DNA from: Candidatus Bruticola sp.
GTDB lineage: Bacteria; Vulcanimicrobiota; Xenobia; Xenobiales; Xenobiaceae
Length of the DNA: 64,000 bases
Assembly: GCA_051874735.1 (NCBI GenBank)
Contig: JBJEGD010000004.1
Coordinates: 110,071 to 174,070, forward strand
Direction of reading: 5' to 3'
The position numbers and the translations under genes were made by a program. The first letter of the stretch is position 1. Every line of letters begins with the position of its first letter. Shown here in pieces: positions 1-8,253 of the stretch. The notes below the pieces were generated by a model. The model saw nothing but the letters and a program-made list of their open reading frames with translations. It was not told the origin of the DNA and made no database searches.

Positions 1-197
1 TTTTTGCGCAGCATGGCAATGTGATGTCCTCCGCCGCAACCTACATCGAGGACCGTTCCATTGATAGGAATTTCAAAAAATTGGCTGGCAAAGTGGAATA
101 AAGGTATATGCTCTTTATTCATGCGCCGTAGAACGTAAGCTCCTCCCCATTTTATGCCGGGATTTGCAAAATTATGCATCCATTGCTTAAAAAACAC
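1..197 (-). CDS. Class I SAM-dependent methyltransferase, 5' part only (runs off the window start)
   Basis: Not in the ORF track; manual minus-strand translation from GTG at 197 (GGAG upstream; alternative ATG at 179) gives ...MHNFANPGIKWGGAYVLRRMNKEH...GTVLDVGCGGGHHIAMLRK, containing SAM-binding motif I (VLDVGCGGG). Confidence 0.8.
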   Translation of the reverse strand, partial: MFFKQWMHNFANPGIKWGGAYVLRRMNKEHIPLFHFASQFFEIPINGTVLDVGCGGGHHIAMLRK

Positions 198-314
198 AGG
201 TCAAAAATCTCCGCTGCTTATAAAAAATAAGGCAAAAAAGCTGCGCTGAAAATTATACCACATACATATGACAAACTGAAAAATCTTAGATAGTAAAATG
301 GAATGTTTAAAACT

Positions 315-1595
315 CTATAGTGACGATTTTGTTTCTATGCTGTTAGCAAAAACGTTGAGCTTAATATGATCTCCAGGAAAACGGCAGCAATTAGTCATAG
401 TCGGTTGAAAATATCGATAGTTTACAGGTTCATCCCATTCATAAAAAACATTGTGTCCGCATTGAAGCAGCAGATTATGGATAATTATCACCCAAGCGGC
501 TGTTATAATTAGCTTGTGCCAGTTTAATGAGGATAAATAATTTATTCCTATAGCTGTGAGCAGCGCAAAGGCTGGCATAATAAAAATGAGATTGCGGGTA
601 ATAATCAGAGGTTGAATTAGTATGGATAAGATTACATGCAGCAGCAAAGGTACTACTAACCACGCAGCCAAAGTTAAATAGAGCAAATCCCCTTTATTAT
701 GATATTCTTGCCAAGCTCTGTATAGACCGGCTATTAAAAAAATCAGTATTGAGAGTAAAGTAACTATTGAACTAATAGAATATAAATATTCTTTTAAACC
801 AGCCTGACTGCAAAAAATATTTACTCCCAGTTGCCAACTTAATTCAGGATAGCTGTCCATTCTGGCTAGAGCTCCCCGATCAAAAAACGGCATTGGCAGA
901 GCTGTAGCTAAGGCTGTTAAAATTGAAGCTATTAAACCGGACTTTAAACGCACTCTAGCTGGATCTTTTGTAGAAGTGCGTTTTATAGCTAAACTTAGAA
1001 TTAGCCAATGAGCCGGCAGTAAAGTAATATTGTTTAAACTAATACCGATGTTAACTGCGGACATCACTATATATAGAAGCCAATTTTTTATATTGGGTTT
1101 GGCTAAAATATTAAAAAGTATTATGGTTAAAAGAATAGCAGCCAAAAGACTAAAAATGTGGTAGCGCAAATAATTTGAGTAGTATTGATGACATCCGTTA
1201 ATGCTGAGTAGGGCAACAGCTAGTAAAGAGATCCAGATAGAGGAGCAGCGCTTTCCTAAATGAAATAATGCCCACAAACTTAATATCCCCCCTATAAGTG
1301 AGCTAAAGCGATAGGCTGAAGTGGTTATATCGCCCAATACTAGACAGCAGAACTCCTGCCAAGGATGCTGAATAAATTTATAATAGAATATGCCGTTAAT
1401 TTCTATGGGCTCAGCTCCATGCTCGGGATATATATATTCGCTTATAGAGCGGAAAGCAAGCGTATTGGTGCCTGGTTCATCTCGATATAAGCCGCAGCCC
1501 CTAAATTGGCCTGACCTAATAAAAAAAGCTCCGCTTAGCAGACATAATAAAAGGAAATATATGGTAATTTTAGTGTACAGAGAAGAAAATGTCAT
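315..1595 (-). CDS. Polytopic membrane glycosyltransferase, GT-C fold (PMT/ArnT/GT39-like)
   Basis: 426 aa, about 10 hydrophobic segments; DE pair after TM1 (LYRDEP), QHP, RFSSLIGGI and YSNYLRYH segments typical of GT39/ArnT-like proteins. Overlaps the upstream TatD gene by 4 nt. Confidence 0.6.
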   Translation of the reverse strand: MTFSSLYTKITIYFLLLCLLSGAFFIRSGQFRGCGLYRDEPGTNTLAFRSISEYIYPEHGAEPIEINGIFYYKFIQHPWQEFCCLVLGDITTSAYRFSSLIGGILSLWALFHLGKRCSSIWISLLAVALLSINGCHQYYSNYLRYHIFSLLAAILLTIILFNILAKPNIKNWLLYIVMSAVNIGISLNNITLLPAHWLILSLAIKRTSTKDPARVRLKSGLIASILTALATALPMPFFDRGALARMDSYPELSWQLGVNIFCSQAGLKEYLYSISSIVTLLSILIFLIAGLYRAWQEYHNKGDLLYLTLAAWLVVPLLLHVILSILIQPLIITRNLIFIMPAFALLTAIGINYLSSLNWHKLIITAAWVIIIHNLLLQCGHNVFYEWDEPVNYRYFQPTMTNCCRFPGDHIKLNVFANSIETKSSL

Positions 1596-2389
1596 AATTT
1601 AAAAAGTAAGCGTAAGTTATTTAAACAGCAGTTTTGAAAGTAACTACTTTCTACATTCCAATATGGGGCCATTGTTTGAGCTAAATTAAAAATTTGCTGC
1701 TGATTTAGCAATCCCCAGGGAGCATCGCTTTCCAAAATTAAGTTTTGTACGGGAATAACCTCAGCTAATAATTTTAATTTAACAGCAGAGGGACTGTTAG
1801 CCGAAGCTGTAGCGGCAGTGATGATTCGGCTGTTAAGGGAAATAAAAAATTTCATATTAATTAGACGTTTTCCTAATTCAGGACTGCCCCAGAATGAGTG
1901 AATGAGTAGTTTAGGACTATTCAAAAATTCACATCTTTTAAATTCGGCCAGCATTTCAAATAGTTGGTTGTAGGCTTTTACGCAGTGAATAACCGCGGGT
2001 AGTTGATATTTAGCGGCCAGACAGTACTGGCGGTAAAAAAGTTCTTTTTGTAAAGCAAGATCTGCTTGGGGGTTGTGTATACGGTCGAAGCCTATTTCTC
2101 CTATACCGCAAGGCAGAGATGTCTCTTGGAGCAAACTTTCTAAAATATGCAGCCAATCATTTATTTTACGGGCACCGTTGTGCCTTGAATTCGATTCTGC
2201 GGCCGCTTGCCAGGGATGAATGCCCAAAACGAAAGGACTTCCAGTCTCTTTCCCCCAACGGCGCAGCTCTTCCCATTGCTGAGGAGATGAGGAGGCGCCC
2301 ACACCTTTAATTTTATAAATATTTGCTTTATGGTTATTCTCTGCTTTAGCAAGGCAGTCTAGAGGATGAAAATGGCCGTCTAAGAGCAA
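1592..2389 (-). CDS. tatD: TatD family metallo-hydrolase/DNase
   Basis: Motifs DGHFH, GIHPW, GEIGFD, VIHCVKA, LIHSF, LESDAP. Confidence 0.88.
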   Translation of the reverse strand: MLLDGHFHPLDCLAKAENNHKANIYKIKGVGASSSPQQWEELRRWGKETGSPFVLGIHPWQAAAESNSRHNGARKINDWLHILESLLQETSLPCGIGEIGFDRIHNPQADLALQKELFYRQYCLAAKYQLPAVIHCVKAYNQLFEMLAEFKRCEFLNSPKLLIHSFWGSPELGKRLINMKFFISLNSRIITAATASANSPSAVKLKLLAEVIPVQNLILESDAPWGLLNQQQIFNLAQTMAPYWNVESSYFQNCCLNNLRLLFKL

Positions 2390-2579
2390 GTTGTTGTATT
2401 TCTCCTTGTTGCTGGGGACCGTTATATTTTTGGCGTTATTATATAGCTTGGTGAGTTAAAGTTTGCAATATATCAAAGATTCAAGGTTGCAAAAAGGATC
2501 TGGCTCCCTTATTAGGAAGCTCTTTTGCGTTTGCTGAAAGGCATCTTATTTTTGCCATGCTGAATTGGAGGAATATAAT

Positions 2580-3092
2580 ATGAAAATTACTGAGGCTATC
2601 GCTAAGCGCCGCAGTGTCCGCCGTTATAAAGCTGGAGAGGTTATTCCTCGCGAACATTTTAAGCAAATTTTAGAGGCAGCTATGATGGCGCCTAGTGCCT
2701 GTAATTCTCGTCCTTGGGAGTTTTACGTAGTCTCCGATCGCCAGACTCTCAATCGTTTGCAGAAGGTTATGCCTTATGCTTCTATGCTCAGTACTGCTTC
2801 GGCCGCTATAGTTGTTTACGCTTTGCCTGAAGTACAGAAGGGTGGCATCCCTGAAGGATATTGGGTGGTAGATTGCGGAGCCTGCACAGAAAATATTCTT
2901 TTGGAAGCCGCCAATTTGGGATACGGAACTTGTTGGTGCGGAGTCTATCCCAAAGAGAAAAATATTGAGGGTATATGCTCTGTATTAGGTACTAAGGGAG
3001 TGCCCTACAGCTTAATAGCTATAGGTGTGCCTGATGAAGATCCAGCAGCTAGAGGTCATTACGAAGCCTCTAAAGTTCACTTTATTGAATAA
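2580..3092 (+). CDS. Nitroreductase family protein
   Basis: RRSVRRY, APSACNSRPWEF, LGYGTCWCG motifs; ATG 2580 follows GGAGG, so preferred over TTG 2565. Confidence 0.92.
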   Translation: MKITEAIAKRRSVRRYKAGEVIPREHFKQILEAAMMAPSACNSRPWEFYVVSDRQTLNRLQKVMPYASMLSTASAAIVVYALPEVQKGGIPEGYWVVDCGACTENILLEAANLGYGTCWCGVYPKEKNIEGICSVLGTKGVPYSLIAIGVPDEDPAARGHYEASKVHFIE

Positions 3093-3126
3093 TTATATAC
3101 CCTTTAGTTGCTGAGGGGCCGCCCAT

Positions 3127-3170
3127 AAGGGCCCTGCGTTCTTTATAAGAATAAAAAACGCAGGGCCCTT
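3127..3170. terminator. Bidirectional intrinsic terminator between convergent genes
   Basis: Perfect 14-bp inverted repeat AAGGGCCCTGCGTT / AACGCAGGGCCCTT between the stops at 3092 (+) and 3175 (-). Confidence 0.75.
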
Positions 3171-3174
3171 TACT

Positions 3175-5733
3175 TTAGTTGTTTACAACGCGTTTAAAAG
3201 CTTCAACGACTTGGGGATCGAAAGCTGAACCGGAACCACCTGAGATAATTTCCACTGCATCGTGAGCACTATAAGTTTTGCTGCCAGGACGCCGCTGCGT
3301 TAAGGCTTCAAAAGCATCGCATACAGCAATAATGCGCGCTGCTATAGGTATACGATCGCCGGTTAGACTATCTGGCCCTCCACGTCCGTCCCAGCGTTCG
3401 TGATGCGCTCTAACTACGGGACAGAGAGCACGCAGGCTTGGAACAGTATTGATAATCTCTTCGCTGAAGCGAGCGTGATCTTTAAATAAATCGTACTCCT
3501 CTGTTTCCAGATGGCGTATGGTTTGCAACAGCCATTCTGGCCAACGCAAGCGGCGAGCCCCCTTTTCATGAAGAGTTTGCATATACTCCTCAGAAGTCAA
3601 ATAATTGTAAAGCTCATTGAGCTTCTCAGGGCTCTCTTGCTGCATAAGTATGTCCAATTCACCTATATCTTTGAACATTGAACCATACTCGATTTGACGG
3701 CGCGTCCTAATATCTTCAATTTTCATTTCAGCAGCAATTTTGCTACCCAATTCCGCTGTTCTGACAAAATGATCGTAAGCGACCCGTCCTCCTAAACGAA
3801 TCATCATAATAGCTCCGTTGATAGCTTTCTCTTCAGCATTCTGCACACCAGTTTGAGAATCGTAAAGCTGTTGAAAGAGATCAGAAATAACTGGCCTCTC
3901 AGCGGCGTTGCTGGCACCGTAACGTCGGCTGCTGGCTGGAATATATTTAGTGCGCATACCTTCCATATGCAGCGGAGCTTTGAAGCTGAGTAAGAATCTG
4001 CCAATCCACCCGGTGTCAATGGCGCCCAGATATTCAGGCAAAGGCAGAGATGTTGAGGAAAAATGAAGTGGATATTTAGTATCTAGAGCCTTCATGCGCT
4101 TAGAGTCGGCATCTTTAATCAGACTTTCTTCTTCGCTGTCAGAGCCATAATAACCGCAGGCTTGACTAAGCTTTAGCATGTTTGCTCGATTGGTATTTAC
4201 AGCCATAGCGGAACTTAAAGAAGATGACCTGAGGCTGCTTCTGCCCGATGACGACATAGAGTTGCCCAGCATACCGTCTGAAACCATTTTTATAGGAGTA
4301 CTGCTGCGAGCAATCTGTCTTTTGACTCTAGGCTGGAATAAATAATCTAGTATCGGAGAAAAGACTGGCAAACGTGAATTAGCGGGTCGCCCTCCAAAAT
4401 TAAGAGCTAATTCTAAGCGAATCTTGGCCATAGGCACACTTGAATCAACTGGAATACTAGCTTGCTGATAGTCCGCTTGCCCTGCTGCTGTTTTTTTCTG
4501 AGACTGAGAGTTCATAGCAAAGGGCATATTCGCTTGACGGAATGCTGGTATTGAAGGTATCGTCATAGACGCATTCCCCAACTGAGCGGTGCCTGGAGCT
4601 GTTATGGGTTTGCCTACTAAAGGAGGCAAAGTTGAAGCTTGGGGAGTGGCATTTAAGGCAAAGTTTGCCGTGGCATTTTCAGCAACAGCTGGTGTAGCAT
4701 TACTATTTGAATCTGGAACAGTGGTTCCCTCTTCTTTAGGTTCCGAATCTGCATCGGGGGTGGTAATTTCGTTATTTATAGAAGGAATGAGGGGAATCTG
4801 TCCAGCTTTAGGAGTGAAAGTGGAGGCAAAAACTAACTTATGTTCTTCATTAGCTTGAGCTCTAGCTTCTTTGCGGCTTATTTCACGAAAAGGCGACTTG
4901 GTAAGCTGATTCATAATCAATTTACTTGAAGAGGCTTGAAGTTGCGGAGCCGCATTGGGATTTTGTAGAGGGGTAGAAGCTAATGGAGTAAAAGGAGTAG
5001 CCTTAGAGAAAACCTTGCGAGGGGCTACCTTAGGAATGTAAGTCTGATTGTTGCCTTCCTCTTCTTCTTTTTTCTTAGCTGCACTGCGAAGTGTATAAGG
5101 CAAAGCTTCTTGTTTCAAAGTTTGCTTAGCCCAAGACGTATTTTTATCAACACTGCCGCTAAGATCGATGCGTTGTCTAGCTGCCGTTTCATTTAGAATA
5201 ACTTGAGTTCTGTCTAGCTGCCGCTCAGAACTGACTCCGCGCAGTATGTCTTCAATATTGACTTCCTTTTCCAGCAATTCCGCTCCACTGGGTAACTCTG
5301 GCTCGGGGACATACTTAAGATGCTGAGCAGAAATAAGAGCTGTTTTTAAGCTTTCTGATTCTTTAGGCGGAGTAGCGGCAGCGCTTATAGGAGATGTCGT
5401 TTTAGATGCGCTAAGATCGCGCAGCTTCTTAAGAGTTTCTGAATTGAAAGAGTCATTGGGAGCTTTTTGCAGTTCTTCATCGCCGTCTGATCCTATAGGG
5501 GTATTCTTTAAATAGGCCCTAATTTTTTTATTTAATTCATCGTATATAGACAGAAGCTCTTTAGGAGTAGGCGGAGGGGATTTTTTCTTAGGCTTAGAAC
5601 CGGGCAAATTATTGTTAATGTCGGGGCTGCCGGTTCCGCTTGCAGAAGCACGGGATATTCCTAAAGAAGCAGAATTTTTCAGGCCACTGTTGTTTTGGGA
5701 CGATGACGAATTGTTATGATTGCTTAATGTCAT
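3175..5733 (-). CDS. HD-GYP-like protein, degenerate motifs, with a long low-complexity N-terminus
   Basis: C-terminal ~220 aa carries HHERWDGRGGPD, IPIAARIIAVCDAFEALT and FDPQVV; HD reads KD (MFKDIG). N-terminal ~550 aa is S/P/A/N-rich. Confidence 0.8.
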   Translation of the reverse strand: MTLSNHNNSSSSQNNSGLKNSASLGISRASASGTGSPDINNNLPGSKPKKKSPPPTPKELLSIYDELNKKIRAYLKNTPIGSDGDEELQKAPNDSFNSETLKKLRDLSASKTTSPISAAATPPKESESLKTALISAQHLKYVPEPELPSGAELLEKEVNIEDILRGVSSERQLDRTQVILNETAARQRIDLSGSVDKNTSWAKQTLKQEALPYTLRSAAKKKEEEEGNNQTYIPKVAPRKVFSKATPFTPLASTPLQNPNAAPQLQASSSKLIMNQLTKSPFREISRKEARAQANEEHKLVFASTFTPKAGQIPLIPSINNEITTPDADSEPKEEGTTVPDSNSNATPAVAENATANFALNATPQASTLPPLVGKPITAPGTAQLGNASMTIPSIPAFRQANMPFAMNSQSQKKTAAGQADYQQASIPVDSSVPMAKIRLELALNFGGRPANSRLPVFSPILDYLFQPRVKRQIARSSTPIKMVSDGMLGNSMSSSGRSSLRSSSLSSAMAVNTNRANMLKLSQACGYYGSDSEEESLIKDADSKRMKALDTKYPLHFSSTSLPLPEYLGAIDTGWIGRFLLSFKAPLHMEGMRTKYIPASSRRYGASNAAERPVISDLFQQLYDSQTGVQNAEEKAINGAIMMIRLGGRVAYDHFVRTAELGSKIAAEMKIEDIRTRRQIEYGSMFKDIGELDILMQQESPEKLNELYNYLTSEEYMQTLHEKGARRLRWPEWLLQTIRHLETEEYDLFKDHARFSEEIINTVPSLRALCPVVRAHHERWDGRGGPDSLTGDRIPIAARIIAVCDAFEALTQRRPGSKTYSAHDAVEIISGGSGSAFDPQVVEAFKRVVNN

Positions 5734-5863
5734 AGCTGGCTCACCTGCAAAATAAGGTACAGTTTGTACTGTTAAGCACTATTTGTACTGTAGGCTCTTA
5801 CAGTATATGAGGTTATAAGAAAATTACGGCAATATTAGGCCTAAAAGATTATTTTTTTTACAA

Positions 5864-6463
5864 TTACAATCTGTCGTCGCCCTGAAAGTCATCTGGATCT
5901 AAATTGTTTATGAATTGTGATAAAGTGTCGTCTTCTTCAGTAAGTTCTTCGATAACATTTGTTGGGGCCGAAGATTTAGGTAGTTCCTGATCTTCTTTGT
6001 CTGCATCTTCACGGCCTACGTAAAAGACGTCTTCATCAGCAGCAGGAGCATCAAAGCTTATACCTTTAATGCCTTCTGAGAGTAGTACTTCTTCTTCGGC
6101 ATAAATAGGAGCTCCCGTTCTCAAAGCTACAGCTATACTGTCAGACGGTCGGGCGTCAATAGAAATTTCCTGTCCATCTTTTACTAAAGTCAGTTTGGCA
6201 TAAAAAGTACTGCGCACGACCTTAGTGATTATTACCTCTTTAAGTGAGGCACCGAGCTCTTCAATGATAGTTTTTATTAAATCGTGAGAAGTAGGACGAG
6301 GCACCTCGGTGCCTTCCATAGCTAAAGCAATAGCTGTAGCTTCGAATACGCCGATAGTTATGGGAAGACTATGACCCTGGCTCTCGTCTGTGAGAATAAC
6401 TACAGGGTCGTGGGCGATAAGATCTATACCTAATTTATAGACTTGCATCCTGCGAAGAGCCAT
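5864..6463 (-). CDS. Bifunctional nuclease family protein (DUF151/BFN) with acidic tail
   Basis: LPITIGVFEA, PRPTSHDL, FYAKL, IDARPSDSIAVALRTGAPIY. Confidence 0.92.
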   Translation of the reverse strand: MALRRMQVYKLGIDLIAHDPVVILTDESQGHSLPITIGVFEATAIALAMEGTEVPRPTSHDLIKTIIEELGASLKEVIITKVVRSTFYAKLTLVKDGQEISIDARPSDSIAVALRTGAPIYAEEEVLLSEGIKGISFDAPAADEDVFYVGREDADKEDQELPKSSAPTNVIEELTEEDDTLSQFINNLDPDDFQGDDRL

Positions 6464-6658
6464 ATATGGGGGAAACCTTTCACTGCGGGAACATGTATTT
6501 TTATCCCGTTTCTTCTTTCTATTATTAAAGGAACAGTTTCGACTAGTGCTTTCTAGATCCTAGTTATAAGTATGAAACTATAAAATAGTATCAGATAGAA
6601 GGCGGAGATCTTTTTAGATAGTAGAAAGGCAAGTTTTCAATTAGGAGTTTTTATCAAT

Positions 6659-7309
6659 ATGGAAGACAATTATTTACAGCTGGTTCTAATAGGAGAAAGC
6701 GAGAATTTTATATCCTGGGGTCTGCTTTTATCTAGAAAAGGATTTACTTTAAGCGGTGTTTATTTGCCGCAGCGCTGGGCCGCTTTGGCCAGTGTGCTAC
6801 TATTAGGATGCCCAGCTTATACAAATATAGAAGAGACTGCCGCTTCCGGAAACATCATTTTTATTGAGAGAAGTTTTTGGGCCCAATTGTCTGAAGAAAA
6901 TAAAAGTAAAATGTTAAATTTAGATGAAAGTAACTGCGCCCCCAATGAAACCTGCCCAATTAATAAATCGGTGGTGCTGATCGATTTCCTCGGGGAAGGG
7001 CCGACATTTAGCTCAAAAGAAGCAGCAACTAAAGCTTTTGAGGCCCCTAACGATTTACAGGCTTTTGTTGATAAAACTGCTTCCAGTTGGCAGTGGTATC
7101 TGCTTAAGATAGCTGGCTCCCTCTCTGAAGCTGGACGCGATATCTTGCGAGTAGATGAAATGTGCTGTGGACGAGCTCATGAACCTAATCCTTGTCAAGA
7201 TTATTCCCTAGATTGCTCTGGACTTAGTTTTCTTTTAAAAAGTTTAAAAGCGGAAGAAAACGAGAGCTGTGGAGTTAAGAACATTTTAGAAAAATTGCTA
7301 GATTGCTGA
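6659..7309 (+). CDS. Hypothetical protein; N-terminus resembles a degenerate Rossmann-like domain
   Basis: 216 aa ORF with AGGAG RBS; LQLVLIG...LLSRKGFTLSGVY resembles a beta-alpha-beta unit but lacks GxGxxG. Confidence 0.5.
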   Translation: MEDNYLQLVLIGESENFISWGLLLSRKGFTLSGVYLPQRWAALASVLLLGCPAYTNIEETAASGNIIFIERSFWAQLSEENKSKMLNLDESNCAPNETCPINKSVVLIDFLGEGPTFSSKEAATKAFEAPNDLQAFVDKTASSWQWYLLKIAGSLSEAGRDILRVDEMCCGRAHEPNPCQDYSLDCSGLSFLLKSLKAEENESCGVKNILEKLLDC

Positions 7310-7434
7310 GATCTTAACGCTTCATTGGCATTGATTTACTCAGGTAGATAATTTTGCTGTTTGGAAGGCTAGGCTTTTACTTGAAGCCATAGAAAGTAAA
7401 GCTGGCGCGTTAATTTACATAGAGGTATTTTTTT

Positions 7435-8157
7435 GTGGGTGAGCGTTTTTCCGTCGCTGTAGTTACCGATTGGCAGGGGACGGCCGGTCCTGCTATCTGC
7501 AATGCTTTAATTCAAGCCGGCTTCAGCGTTTTAATTAATGGGCCCCAGGAGGTACTCTTTAATATCCCTCCTTCCGATGCTATGGGCAAAGTTTTAGCTC
7601 AGCCTTTCGATACGACTAATGAACAGGAAGTACAAGAAACTTTTTTGACCTGTGCTAATCACTTGGGAGGCATTGACGTCTTAGTTAACAATAACTACTT
7701 CTGGAATGATGCTGCTTTGGGTGATATTACCGAAAAAATGTGGGAAGAAGTCATCAATCGCGGTTTAAAAAGTACTTTTTATTGCAGTAGAGCAGCTAGC
7801 CGTTTTATGAAGACTCAGGGCTACGGTAAGATTATCAATGTCATTAGTTCTTCGGCATTTAACGGTGTTTACACTCAATTCGCTTCAGTGTGTGCCGGTA
7901 TCCATTCCTTAACAAAATCGTTGGCCAAAGAATTGGCTCCAGAAGTTAGGGTAAATTCTGTAGCTCCAGGCTTGATCGACGAGCCTTGGATTGATGAAGG
8001 TGGTAAGGAGCTCAGGGAAATGCTGGTGCGCGATGTTTTGTTAAAGCGTCTTTGTTCCAACGATGATATTGCTGAAGCTGTAAATTATTTAGCTTGTGGC
8101 GCCGATTTTATGACTGGCCAAATGCTGGTGTTAGACGGCGGTGAATGTTTGCATTGA
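7435..8157 (+). CDS. SDR-family (FabG-like) protein lacking catalytic residues
   Basis: GGIDVLVNN, GKIINVISS, LTKSLAKELAPEVRVNSVAPG and FMTGQMLVLDGG define the fold; YxxxK is replaced by FASVC. Confidence 0.85.
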   Translation: MGERFSVAVVTDWQGTAGPAICNALIQAGFSVLINGPQEVLFNIPPSDAMGKVLAQPFDTTNEQEVQETFLTCANHLGGIDVLVNNNYFWNDAALGDITEKMWEEVINRGLKSTFYCSRAASRFMKTQGYGKIINVISSSAFNGVYTQFASVCAGIHSLTKSLAKELAPEVRVNSVAPGLIDEPWIDEGGKELREMLVRDVLLKRLCSNDDIAEAVNYLACGADFMTGQMLVLDGGECLH

Positions 8158-8253
8158 TTATTGATGAACCTGAAGCAGTTGCCGCTAGCCGTGAGGCTTT
8201 TAGTCACAGTGTGTGAATTATAGGCGCTTTATAGGCGCTCATAATAAAAAAAT

